Shown here in pieces: positions 10,759 through 23,600 of a DNA stretch of 32,448 nucleotides. Under the pieces are notes generated by a model. That model worked only from the letters and a program-made list of their open reading frames with translations. It was not told the DNA's origin and made no database searches. The stretch spans positions 18,297,669-18,330,116 of the forward strand of contig CM119265.1 of NCBI GenBank assembly GCA_051294375.1. The letters are read 5' to 3'. Numbering within the stretch: position 1 is the stretch's first letter; each line of letters opens with the position of its first letter. Made by a program: the position numbers and the translations under genes. Origin of the DNA: Paraspadella gotoi (taxonomy: Eukaryota; Animalia; Chaetognatha).

Positions 10759-11252
10759 CGTACTATTTATTGATGCTCGGGCTAGAACGCTTTAATGTCT
10801 TCGTCGCAGAGACTCGGCTCAACGGGCCGTGGCCACAAACGGCGATCCGGGACGTGGACGCGCGAAGGCTTTCAAGTAGAATCATCAATTTCTATCGCGT
10901 TCTCTTCTCTTCTCTATCTTCACTTATCTTTTACCATCTTTTTGCCTCCTGTGAAGCGTCGTTTCAAAACGACGTTATATTCTGACCGTCAAACCGTGGC
11001 CATGAGCAGCCTCGCCGCGCCCNNNNNNNNNNNNNNNNNNNNNNNNNACGACCTTCACAGGAGAGCAGAAAAGATGGTAAAAGATAAGTGAAGATAGAGA
11101 AGAGAAGAGAAACGCGATAAAATTGATGATTCTACTTGAAACCTTCGCGCGTCCACGTCCCGGAACGCCGTTTTGTGGCCACGGTCGTTGAGCCGCGTCT
11201 CTGGACGAAGACATTAAAGCGTTCTAGCCCGAGGCATAATAAAATAGTTACG
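10759..11252. repeat. ~200-bp inverted duplication (10759-10962 / 11048-11252) around a 25-N gap
   Basis: ctcgggctagaacgctttaatgtcttcgtc versus gacgaagacattaaagcgttctagcccgag; colinear in reverse. Confidence 0.92.
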
Positions 11253-14063
11253 ATGTTACTTACCTATGAAAAGTAGTATCGAGAGAACTCTTTCGAGTGA
11301 ACGAAATTGAAAAAAAAAAGGCATTTAAAATAAGCTTATTTTTAACTATGAGGAAAGCAAAATATATCTTCTTACCAAAAAAAAACGAACTTTCTTCAAA
11401 ACCACAAAAATAACAAAAACAAAAAAACATCTCGGGCGATATTCTGTTTCGCTTCTCGTGTTTTCAATATCGATTCCGAAGTATTCGGCCCCCAAAGGTC
11501 CCGAGAGAGATATATGTCTACATTACTGAGAAGAAAAAAAAGATGAAGAAAAAAAAGTTTGAAGTGAGTTTTCTCGGCGATGAGACGACGANNNNNNNNN
11601 NNNNNNNNNNNNNNNNNNNNNNNNNNNNNNNNNNNNNNNNNNNNNNNNNNNNNNNNNNNNNNNNNNNNNNNNNNNNNNNNNNNNNNNNNNNNNNNNNNNN
11701 NNNNNNNNNNNNNNNNNNNNNNNNNNNNNNNNNNNNNNNNNNNNNNNNNNNNNNNNNNNNNNNNNNNNNNNNNNNNNNNNNNNNNNNNNNNNNNNNNNNN
11801 NNNNNNNNNNNNNNNNNNNNNNNNNNNNNNNNNNNNNNNNNCTCCATTAAATTAGAAATATCCCGCCCTTAACGGATGTTCGTTAAAAGCGATTATTCGT
11901 TAAAAGCGAACTCGAGCGCTAGAAACGAATGAGGCAACGGAGTCGCCCCCTGGAAGCCTTTTGTCCCTCGCAACGCGTTAACGAGCGATTCCGAACCCAC
12001 GCTTTCCATTTAATAGCTTATCCTTCTAAAGGAGTGAATCGGCGCTGCCCTTTTGTTTCATTCCACGCCCGCTTCCCCCCCCCTCCGTCGATCGCATCGG
12101 ACGCGCCACACCTACGATGTCTTTGAAAACCATCCGCCCTTCCAGATTCCCACGCACGCAGCCATCTTTTCAGATTTGAATCGTTATCTTGAATCGAATC
12201 CGCCAAGCTTATNNNNNNNNNNNNNNNNNNNNNNNNNNNNNNNNNNNNNNNNNNNNNNNNNNNNNNNNNNNNNNNNNNNNNNNNNNNNNNNNNNNNNNNN
12301 NNNNNNNNNNNNNNNNNNNNNNNNNNNNNNNNNNNNNNNNNNNNNNNNNNNNNNNNNNNNNNNNNNNNNNNNNNNNNNNNNNNNNNNNNNNNNNNNNNNN
12401 NNNNNNNNNNNNNNNNNNNNNNNNNNNNNNNNNNNNNNNNNNNNNNNNNNNNNNNNNNNNNNNNNNNNNNNNNNNNNNNNNNNNNNNNNNNNNNNNNNNN
12501 NNNNNNNNNNNNNNNNNNNNNNNNNNNNNNNNNNNNNNNNNNNNNNNNNNNNNNNNNNNNNNNNNNNNNNNNNNNNNNNNNNNNNNNNNNNNNNNNNNNN
12601 NNNNNNNNNNNNNNNNNNNNNNNNNNNNNNNNNNNNNNNNNNNNNNNNNNNNNNNNNNNNNNNNNNNNNNNNNNNNNNNNNNNNNNNNNNNNNNNNNNNN
12701 NNNNNNNNNNNNNNNNNNNNNNNNNNNNNNNNNNNNNNNNNNNNNNNNNNNNNNNNNNNNNNNNNNNNNNNNNNNNNNNNNNNNNNNNNNNNNNNNNNNN
12801 NNNNNNNNNNNNNNNNNNNNNNNNNNNNNNNNNNNNNNNNNNNNNNNNNNNNNNNNNNNNNNNNNNNNNNNNNNNNNNNNNNNNNNNNNNNNNNNNNNNN
12901 NNNNNNNNNNNNNNNNNNNNNNNNNNNNNNNNNNNNNNNNNNNNNNNNNNNNNNNNNNNNNNNNNNNNGAGAGAGAGAGATTCCCCGATATTCGAGGAAG
13001 AATAGCAAGTGAGAAAACCTCCTCAAGGGAGTTGGTGGATGATGAAGAGTTGGAAGATCGACCGATTGTCGGATGATGGAGAAATTTCCGAGCAGAAGCT
13101 TCGCTGAAAATAGAGCGAAGGAGAGAGAAGTGAATTATCGAGTCGAAATCGCGAAGGAGAAAAAAAAAAAGGTTTGATGGTTGAAGGGGAAAGAAGAAAG
13201 ATGTTGCGATAAAATAATAGTGGCGAGTGAAGGTGAGAGAAGATTTGTTGATGTCCGACAAAGAAGTAAACAAAGAGATTTTGATCCAGTTTTCCTTCAA
13301 GGACACGCGAACGCTTTAAATCATTGGGGCGCCCCTAGCTCTACAACAAGGGGGGTAGTTTAGCAGGATGATATACATTATCATTCCATTATCATTATGA
13401 CAATTGCATATATGATGAATTGCTGAGCGTTTATGTCCTAGAGAATCAGTCAGAAAAAAAGTATCATTAATATTTACTTATGGAAATCGTTTTTTTCCCC
13501 AATTCGGTTTTGACATTCTGCCTTTAAAGTTTTGCTATGTTCTACTGCCGGAGCTAATTTGAAGTTTTTCTTCCGCCAATCGATAGCTCTCTAAAAGAGC
13601 GAGAGTTCTTTTAGTGGTGAATTAAAAGCTAAAAAGTGGCTACTTTTTTTTTGCGCCGCAATCTACTTGGAAAGAGGAGTAGATCTTATGGAATTTTAAA
13701 TATGGATGTCATAACGAGCCAATCTTAAAAAAGGAATTGCCAATTGTTTATAAAGAACTGAACATNNNNNNNNNNNNNNNNNNNNNNNNNNNNNNNNNNN
13801 NNNNNNNNNNNNNNNNNNNNNNNNNNNNNNNNNNNNNNNNNNNNNNNNNNNNNNNNNNNNNNNNNNNNNNNNNNNNNNNNNNNNNNNNNNNNNNNNNNNN
13901 NNNNNNNNNNNNNNNNNNNNNNNNNNNNNNNNNNNNNNNNNNNNNNNNNNNNNNNNNNNNNNTTTACAAAACGCGTGAGGTTGAGGCACGTAGGGTTTCC
14001 GAAAAGAATAAAGGACGCCTGGCGCCACTATTAGTGTATATTCTTTGGTTTTGTGTCTTTCTT

Positions 14064-14116
14064 TTTCTTTCTCTCTCTCTCTCTCTTCTCTCTCTCCTCT
14101 CTCTCTCCCTTTTCTC

Positions 14117-14148
<32 letters not shown>

Positions 14149-14183
14149 CTCCTTCTCTCTCTCTCTCTCCCTCTCTCTCTCTC
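14064..14183. repeat. (CT)n microsatellite followed by a GC-rich (GGC)-like tract at 14227-14305
   Basis: Visible directly in the sequence. Confidence 0.85.
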
Positions 14184-15204
14184 AAATGTCTCGACTTTCT
14201 CGCCCGCTCGTCATGACGAAACTCTAGCGGCGGCGCGCGCTCAGTGGCGACGGCGGCGGCGGTCAGCAGGGCGGCGCGGCGGGCGGCGGCGGCTGGCGGC
14301 CGCGTGTTTAGTGTTTTCTGCCACACCGCATGCCCTGTGTGGCGTGAGATTCCGGGATCGGTAGGGGAGTGTGAGAACACCCTAACGTGCGAGGCAGGTG
14401 GTGAAAGCTTGAGAGGCGAAGGGCGAGCGAGAGTCTTCGCAGTTGCTGCAGAATAATTTGACACCAAAACCAAAAAAGGCGGGACTTTCTTATCCCCGCG
14501 GGGGGGGGGTTGTGGAAGTGGGACGAAGAAGGGAGAGAAAAGAAAAGAAATTGAATAAACGTATTACTGTGAAGCTGAAATGAAAAACTTAAGCTTCTTG
14601 CCTTTCTGAGTTGATTTTTTCTATTCCTGATTTCAAATTCATACTTTCTCCCTGAATTTCTCGTTTCTAAGATATATTTTTTATTGTTTGTTTTTCGTTT
14701 GTTACTTTTTTTCTTTTTTTTCTGTTATCTCTTCTATTTTCTATTTTTTTTCCTTTTCTTTATCTCTTTTTTTTCCCACTTCATATTCTCTCTCCCACTT
14801 TCTTCCCCTTTTTATTTCCCCACGCGACCCGACAGCGGATCAGCTTCCGCGTCGCCACCGAAGGAGCGAGACTCTGAGAAGTGATTAGTTTTAATTCCTT
14901 CCAGATCTCTGACGTTATTACATCGGAAGTTACCGTCGAAATCAGCGTTATTTGACGGGAAGTCATAAAGCGAAAACTCTCATTCCTTCAAGTACGTTAT
15001 AAAAAGGGAGGCGGAGCCGTCCCTTCCGACTGCCTGACTGCCAATGATCGCTGCAAAAAGGCATTGCAAAGAGACGGCGGCAATGATCTCGCGCATTCTG
15101 GTCGTCGCTTCCAAGTAATTCCGAGAAATGACGTCGAGAGTCGCGACTCGACGACGGATGAAGAGGATTTGAAAGAGAATCCAATGAAGAAAAGGAAATG
15201 AAAA

Positions 15205-15412
15205 AGGGAAAATATAAAACAAAAGGAAAAAAAGGAAATAAAAAACAAAAAGGAAAATAAAAAACAAAAAGGAAAATAAAAAACAAAAAGGAAAATAAAA
15301 AACAAAAGGAAAAATAGAAAATAAAAAACAAAAAAGAAAATAAAAAACAAAAAGGAAAATCAAAAACAAAAAGGAAAATAAAAAACAAAAGGGAAAAAGA
15401 AAAACAAAGGGC
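15205..15412. repeat. 19-bp minisatellite (AAAAACAAAAAGGAAAATA)n, about 10 copies
   Basis: Direct tandem units are visible at 15241-15390. Confidence 0.88.
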
Positions 15413-15499
15413 AAACGCAAAGGAAAAGTCGGGAGACGATGAAAAGGTCGAAGGAGAAAAAGAAGAAAACTAAAGATTGCTAAAGAAAAAAATCACAAA

Positions 15500-15500
<1 letters not shown>

Positions 15501-15548
<48 letters not shown>

Positions 15549-15659
15549 ATTTAAAATGAAGACAACTAAGTAATTTATGTAACGCTGTCACTAATTATCA
15601 TTACAACCCGACAAAATCATTACAAAGTTCCCATGAAAAAACGAGACGGAGTTAAGATA

Positions 15660-15691
<32 letters not shown>
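15501..15691. repeat. Two (GAC)n trinucleotide arrays (15501-15548 and 15660-15691)
   Basis: Visible directly in the sequence. Confidence 0.9.
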
Positions 15692-15884
15692 AACATCAAC
15701 TTCGTCGACACCCAGCGACTCGCCGGCGGCGAAGAAGCGTGAGACGAAGAATCCGTGAATTTTCTCGCCTTCGGTGAGTGAAGCAAGTAAATTGAAGGAG
15801 GAAGAGAGGAAAGAGAGAAAAAGGAGGAAGGAAGAAAAGAGAGGGGAAGAGGAGAGAGAGAAAGAAGAAGAGAGAGGAGAGAGA

Positions 15885-15921
<37 letters not shown>

Positions 15922-16705
15922 GACGTAATGGGGTTTCACAGTCGATGTGAGAATTCGCATCACTCAGTCTGAGTACGAGAATTTCACGCATATTTATAAA
16001 GGATTCACAGTCCAAGAAACGTCATCGTCGTATCGTCGTCTTTTTCGTCGTCGTCGTCGTCGTCTTCGAGGAGAAAGAGAAACGAATGTTGCGTGAACTT
16101 TGCAGAAAAGAAAAAGAAATAATTTGTGAATTCGTGAGTGAAACTGTATTCATTCTCCGCACGAATCCAAACTGGTTCGAAAGCCTGAATTGTGAATAAT
16201 TTCGAATTCGGAGAAAGAAAAGTCAAAAGTTGTGAAAGAGAAAAATTAAACAAAAAGTTTATCCGTGCCCTAACTTTACAATTTAATTCCAAACTCGTTA
16301 AAAAAATCAGCGGAAATTTTAAATTTTCTAGGTTCTAGTTATCAAAGAGATTTTTCAAGCCCTTCTTCTCATCAACAGAATCTTCGTTTGTTTACACTTG
16401 TTTTGTTTACTTTTCGTTTTTAACCTTTTTTTTTTTTTGCTTTCTTCTTTCCCTCCTCACTCTGGCGAAGGCCGCCCGGGGGAAATCCATTCACTCTTTT
16501 TTTTTTCAGTTCTCCTAAAAAGGAGCAACGAAAAAGCGAAGACCGCGACGCCCTCCGTCGATTTTCGCCAAACAAAAGGGTCGCAAATAAAAAAAAAAAC
16601 AAAAGANNNNNNNNNNNNNNNNNNNNNNNNNTCTTCGCCGGCCATCGAAAATAGTACATGCGTTTGAATCGCTTTTGCGCCGACTCCTTTTTCCCTCCGG
16701 CTTTC

Positions 16706-17378
16706 GAGAGGAGGAAGAAAGGAACAGGAAAAGAAGGAAAGGAAAGGAAAGGGAAAAGAAAGGAGAAGGAAAGGAAAGGAAAGAAGGAAGAAGGAAAGAA
16801 ACGGAAAGGAAAAGAAGGAAAAGGAAAGGAAGGAGAAGAGAAAAAGGAAAGGAAAGGAAAGGAAAAGGAAAGGAAAGGAAGGAAAGGAAGGAAGGAAGGA
16901 AAGGAAAGGAAAGGAAAGCGGAAAAGGACAAGGAAAGTGAAAGGCAAAGCGGGAAAGGAAGGGGTAAAGAAGGAAAGGGAAAGGGAAAGAAAGCGGAAAA
17001 GAAAGGAAAGGAAAGGAAAAGGAAGGAAAGAAAGGAAAGCGAAAGGAAAGGAAAAGGAAGGAAAGGAAAGGAAAGGAAAGGAAAGAAAAAGGAAAGGAAA
17101 GGAAAGGAAAGGAAAGGAAAGAAAGGAAAGGAAAGGAAGGAAAGGAAAAGGAAAAGGGAAAGCGAAAGGAAAGGAAGGAAAGGGAAAGAAAGGAAAGGAA
17201 AAGGAAAGGAAAAGGAAAGGAATAAGGGAAAGCCAAAGAAGGAAAGGAAAGGATAAGGAAAGGCAAAGGAAAGGAAAGAGGAAAAGGGAAAGGAAAGGAA
17301 AGGAAAGGAAAGGAAAGGAAAGGAAAATAAGGAAAGGGAAAGGAAAGGAAAGGAAAGGAAGAAAAGAAAAAGGAAAGA
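16706..17378. repeat. ~670-bp (GGAAA)n-type polypurine satellite
   Basis: Almost pure A/G on the + strand. It explains the spurious K/R/E/G-rich and F/P/S/L-rich ORFs. Confidence 0.93.
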
Positions 17379-18699
17379 ATCCACCCCTCTCACTCTCAAA
17401 CCTCACATTTACACTCCCCTATCCTCTTTCCTATCATTCTCACCGGAAGAGACGGATTTGTATTCATCATTCGATTTTATAAAAAGACAATATTCATCTC
17501 ATTGCACTCGTTGTCGAGCCTTCGCAAACATTTTTTCTCGCGTGTAGCAGAGATTCATAATATTATTTTTTTTTTTAATGTCTTCACTTCTTTTCCGATG
17601 TTTTTAATTAACATTCATCGACTTTTTTTCGGTCGACCGTCGTAGTTGTGGTTGTAGGCCGTCGTCTTGTTGTTGTTGTGTTGTCAATGTTGTGTTGAAG
17701 TTGTAGTTGTTGCAGACCCACTGTTTGTAGTGCTAGTCACAGTAAGATGGCGACAAAAGCGCGACGACATAGTTAAATAATTTAACCAAGGCAGAGGATA
17801 ATAATTCGATTTAACTTTCTTCTTTTCTGACTTTTTAAAAATCAGACAAAAAAAAATTCCGATGGTTTTAAAACGCTAAACAGTAAAAGGATATATGCAG
17901 GAAGATTACATGCGCGCGCCTACTTTAAATAGTCCCCTTGGACGTCAGTCGAGCTATGACAGTATGTTTTAACACAGATCAGAATAAACTGCTAAAAAAC
18001 AAGAAGATTTTTAATAAGGAAAGATTAGAACCCTCGGTGCAAAAGATGCAAAAAAATGGCGGCATATCAGAGCATAAAAAAGAAAAAAAAACTTGAAAAC
18101 AAAACATGTGATTTTTCTGATCTCATTCACTTTCTTTTTAATTTCATGCATTTTCTGCGCTTCGTGATTTTTCGTTAATGTTTTTCCTTTTCGCAGTATC
18201 TTTTTTCTTCCTTTATTCATTTGTTTTTCTTTCATTCGTCGTTGGTGGCCTTCGCGCCGGTTTAAGACGCTCTACGTGGCGGCTTTCCGCCCCCGCACTC
18301 CACCCACGCCGCCCACGCCGACCCACATACCCACGCCACGTCTTCCACCCTTAAAAACGCGTCTAGGGGGAGGAGAAGGTTTGAAAGGCGTCGGGAGCGA
18401 GCGACAGAGATTGGTGAACGTAATGAGCCGTTGAGGGACGGACGGCAGACACTCAGGCGGACGTAGCAATGGATGACGATGGGCGCGGGCATCGGTTTTG
18501 CGTGAGCGCGGTGAGTCTCGCTTGGCATGAGCGATAGTTTTTTAACCGCATGAAATTATGGGTAAAAGCTAGCCAGGTGGGGATTTTGAGGAGAAAGAAG
18601 GAGGGTAGGGGAAAAAATGGCAGAATCAATGAATGTACGAGGAATAGTTTGTGCATGACTTAACGAGAATGATGTTTGAAATCTAATTAAAAACATAGG

Positions 18700-19420
18700 C
18701 TAGGGTAGGGTAGCCGCACTCAATGGGGTGAGTCAAAAATTTAGAGTGAGTACATGCTCAAACGAATATTTAGACATTTTTAAGAATACTTTCAATGGAC
18801 AAAAAATATTTCTAATATGGCTCTATACCTAGTAATTAATTTTTTTAATTATTTATTAGATAGCGAAAGGCCAAAAATTTTTTTTGAATTTTAAATTTTA
18901 AGACCAGATTCAGATAGCCATAAAAAGTTGTCTACACAAAGTATAATCTTTTTTTAAATATTTTTACGATAAGTGTGTTCAAAAATAAGAAAAACCCTGT
19001 TAAAAAATTCATCATTCATCATCATCTTTCAATGATTTTATCAGTTTTTTTTATTTTTTCACTTTAGAAAACGTAAGAATTTTTAAAGATGTAATTATAT
19101 ATTCTTGTTTAACTTTTTATGCTCTATCAGAATCCATCAAAAATTTTAAGATTTAAAAAAAAAAATTTTTGCTCTTCATAGTAATATTAATATTTTTAAT
19201 TAGGCTAGTACTCCTCAGCAGAAAGCATTTTTGACAAAAAATATTTTAATACCATAACTTATGGTCATGATAGATTATTTTAACGCTGTATTACATTAGC
19301 ATTTTAACTTTCTATCGGCTATGGCTAGCTAAAGGGGTACAAAATATGTTTAACCTCGCGTTGTATAGATGTTTCCCTCATATTTATAGAAGACTAGCAC
19401 TACATCCCTCTCCCCTTAAT
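18700..19420. mobile_element. Possible AT-rich non-autonomous DNA transposon (MITE-like) with an internal inverted repeat; second copy ~22090-22800
   Basis: 18865-18930 (..gattcagatagccataaaaagtt) pairs with 19110-19178 (aactttttatgctctatcagaatc..). It is a sharp AT-rich island. Termini and TSD are not resolved. Confidence 0.35.
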
Positions 19421-20037
19421 TTAAACAGATCGAAAAATTAATTGATATAAAATTTAACTTTGATGTAATTATTTTATATTTAGTTTAATAAACAAATTCA
19501 AACTTTCTTCTACTAAGTTAATAAAGTAAAATAACTATCTTTCATTCATACGCGGAGATTAAAAATCAACATAAAACCCAAAAACCGGTGAACGTGAAAA
19601 GACGGAACTGAAGCTTAAAACGCGAAAAGCTGCTCGAGAATTCCAGGTCGACGAACTCAAAATCAGGAATAAAACGATTCTTGGCGACTCGGAGAATCAA
19701 CGGCCTGAGTTATGGATCCTTGGCGTGTGGATCCAGCGATGGCAAAGGATATGGATCGGGCGAAAGGGGATTGTTGATGGGAACTCTGATCGCTGTGTGG
19801 GCGAGGGGAATCGATGATGGGAAAAAACGGGGAATGTTTGAAGCGGGATGTGGCGGAGAAGATAACGAAAGAAATGGAAAAGCGACTAATGACTTAAAAG
19901 TACTAAACCCGACCCGATAACGTTTAGTGTTCTTCACTTTTCCAGACCATTAGCTTCTTCTTTTTTTTTCGAGGCAGGCGAAGGAGGAGTAATCAATTTC
20001 TGAAAAACGTGGAGACGTCGTCTTTGAATGTCGAGGG

Positions 20038-20152
20038 GACGGACGACGACAATGGCGAAGACGACGACGACAATGGCGAAGCGACGACGACAATGCGCGA
20101 AGACGACAATGAGCGGAAGACGACGACAATGGCGAAGACGACAACGGCGAAG
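20038..20152. repeat. 18-bp minisatellite (GACGACGACAATGGCGAA)n; longer, degraded array in copy 2 at 23418-23808
   Basis: Tandem units are visible and give rise to the TTTMAK / DDDNGE ORFs. Confidence 0.85.
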
Positions 20153-20337
20153 AGGAACGAGGTCTTCCATCATCCTGAAAGTGAAAATTTTGGACGGCGG
20201 GCGGAAAAAAATAAATAGTATATATAATCGCTCTTTCAACTTTCATTCAAAGTTTTCAACGGTTTTTTTTTTTTTTTTTTTTTTGCGGAACCTGGCCTAC
20301 CGAACCGACCATGAGAAGTCTGCATTCAAAACAAAAT

Positions 20338-20400
<63 letters not shown>

Positions 20401-20556
20401 TCTCTCTCTTCTCTCTTTCTCTCCTCTCTCTCTCTCTCTTCTCTTTCTCTCTCTCTCTCTGTCTCTCTCTCTCTCCCCCATAACCACCCACTCTTTTTAA
20501 TCATCGAAGCTCTTCCTCCAAAGAGAGAAAAGGTTTTATCATTACCATTCTCTCTG

Positions 20557-20601
<45 letters not shown>

Positions 20602-23600
20602 TCCTCTCTCTCTCTCTCTCATTTACTTACTTCTCCCCTAAATGGCTAAAACAATAAACAAATGCCCCCAAGGGCAACCGCACTTTTGCAAAGCAATAAA
20701 AGATGGACCGTTCGCCTTTGATTCGAACGATATTAACCGGGCCAAGGACTCCGACCCGAGACCCAACCCTATTCCTTTTTTTCGCTTTCTGATTTCTTCT
20801 CCACTTTTTATTTGTTTCTTTTATCGACTTTTACGTCACGCGGTTTTTCGGCCGCAAATATCGCCTTTTTCATGTTCGCTATTTTCAATCGCATACTTTA
20901 GCATTTTTCAATCGCCTTTTTTAAAAACATACACGTGCTTTTTCAATCTTACTTAATTTTCTTACTTTCTTAAATTTTTACCGTCCAAGTTTTTAAATTA
21001 TCTCCAATACTTCGGCGTCATTACCGTATAAATGTCTAACCGGCTTTAACTCTCACATGGATATCCGCCCTTTTCTAATCGCCTTTTCCAGCCGGAAATC
21101 GCTTTTTCCCATCGCCGATTTTTTCTATGAAATCGCTTTTTCCAATATCAAACCTCTCGCCTTTTTTTTCGACCTCGGCCAGATGTTCTAAGCGGCGGCG
21201 GGGGTCGCGCGGCGCCCATCTGTTCACTCTCTCGCGTCGTCCGTGGCACCAGTTGAAGCCGGGCGAGACTCTGGGCTCATACGCGATTCCGGAGTCTGTT
21301 CGACGACGCTCCGCCTAGATCTAACTCGAGCAGTCAATAACTACGACCAGATGTTTCTCGATTTCGCTGTGTTCCAGACTTCCTCCTTCCTCAAAAGATC
21401 GATTGGTCATCATGGAGTAGAGCCCGTTTCCGAATTTTCATTTCTCCATTCTCGTTCTCTTAGAACCTCGGTGCAAAAAGTGCAAAAAAATGGGGGCATA
21501 TCAGAGCATAAAAGAAAAAAAAAACTGAAAACAAAACAGGATTTTTCTGATCTCATTCACTTTCTTTTTAATTTCATGCATTTTCTGCGCTTCGTGATTT
21601 ATTCGTTAATGTTTTTCCTTTTCGCAGTATTTTTTTTTCTTCCTTTTTATTCATTTGTTTTTCTTTCATTCGTCGTTGGTGGCTTCGCCGGGTTTTAAGA
21701 CGCTCTCGTGGCGGCTTTCCGCCCCCGCACTCCACCCACGCCGCCCACGCCGACCACATTACCCACGCCACGTCTTCCACCCTTAAAAACGGTCAGGGGA
21801 GGAGGAAAGGTTTGAAAGGGCGGGACGAGCGCGAGAGATTGGTGAGGTAATGAGCCGTTGAGGACGGACGGAGACAACTCAGGGGACGAGGAATGGATGA
21901 CGATGGGCGGGATCGGTTGGGTGAGGGCGGGTGAGGTCTCGCTTGGATGAGCGATAGTTTTTAACCGATGAAATTATGGGTAAAAGCGAGGGTGGGGATT
22001 TTGAGGAGAAAGAAGGAGGTAGGGGAAAAAATGGCAGAATCATTGACTTAACGAGAATGAATGTTTGAAATCTAATTAAAAACATAGGCTAGGGGGGTAG
22101 CCGCACTCCAATGGGGTGAGTCAAAAAATTTAGAGTGAAGTACATGCTCAAACGAATATTTAGACATTTTTAAGATACTTTATGGACAAAAAATTCACTA
22201 ATATGGCTCTATACTATAGTAATTAATTTTTAATATTTATATTAGTATAGGAAAAGGCCAAAAATTTTTTTTGAAATTTTAAATTTTAAGACCAGATTCA
22301 GATAGCTCATAAAAAGTTGTCTACCACAAAGTATAAATTCTTTTTTAAATATTTTTACGATAAGTGTGTCAAAATAAGAAAAACCGTAAAAAATCATCTG
22401 TCATCATCATCATCTTTCAATGATTTTATCAGGTTTTTTTATATATTTCACTTATAATAGATAAGAATTTTTGAAAAAGATGTATTATATTTCTTGTTTA
22501 ACTTTTTATGCTCTATCAGAATCCATCAAAAATTTTAAGATTTAAAAAAAAAAATTTTGCTCTACATAGTAATATATAATATATTTTAATTAGGCTACTA
22601 CTCCTCACAGAAGAAAGCATTTTTGACAAAAATATTTTAATACCATAATCTATGTCATGAAGATTATTTAACGCCGTATACATTAGCATTTAACTTTCAT
22701 CGGCTCATGGCTAGCTAAAGGTAACCAAAATATGTTTAACCTCGCGTTGTATAGATGTTCCCTCTATTTATAGAAGACAGCACTAACATCCCTCTCCCCT
22801 TAATTTAAACAGATCGAAAAATTAATTGATATAAATTTAACTTTATGTAATTATTTTAAATTTAAGTTTAATAAACAAATTCAAACTTCTTCTACTAAGT
22901 TTAATAAAGTAAAATAACTAATCTTTCAATTTTCATAAGCGGAGATTTAAAATCAACATAAAACCCAAAATAGCGGTGAACGTGAAAAAGACGAGACTGA
23001 AGCTTAAAACGGAAGCTGCTGGAGAATTCAGGTCGACGAACTCAAAATCAGGGATAAAAAGATTCTTGGCGACTTCGGAGAATCAACGGCCTTGAGTTGG
23101 ATCCTTGGCGTGGGGATCCAGGCGATGGGCAAAGGGAATATGGATCGGGCGAAAGGGGATTGTTGATGGGGAAGCTGATCGCTGGTGGGCGAAGGGGATC
23201 GATGATGGGAAAAAGGGGAATGTTGAAGGGGATTGGGGAGAAGATAACGAAAAAATGGAAAAGCGACTATGACTTAAAAGTACTAAACCCGACCCGCGAT
23301 AACGTTTAGTGTTTTCACTTTTCCCAGACATTAGCTTCTTCTTTTTTTTTTCGAGGAGGCGAAGGAGGAGAATCAATTTTGGAAAAACCGTGGAGACGTC
23401 GTTTGAATGCCGAGGGGGACGACGACGACAATGGCGAAGACGACGACGACAATGGCGNNNNNNNNNNNNNNNNNNNNNNNNNTAAGAGACAATGCGAATT
23501 GACGACGACGACAATGGCGAAGACGCACGACGACTCCCATATGGACGGAAGGACTACGACAGACCCAATTGGCTCGGAAGACTGGACGCAATGGCGAAAG

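Noticed and set aside
11518-14216. Long ORFs across gaps (also 28936-31861)
   Set aside because: Mostly X residues from N runs.
16420-17482. Long ORFs of 193-328 aa
   Set aside because: They are translations of the (GGAAA)n satellite, open on both strands because the repeat lacks stop codons.
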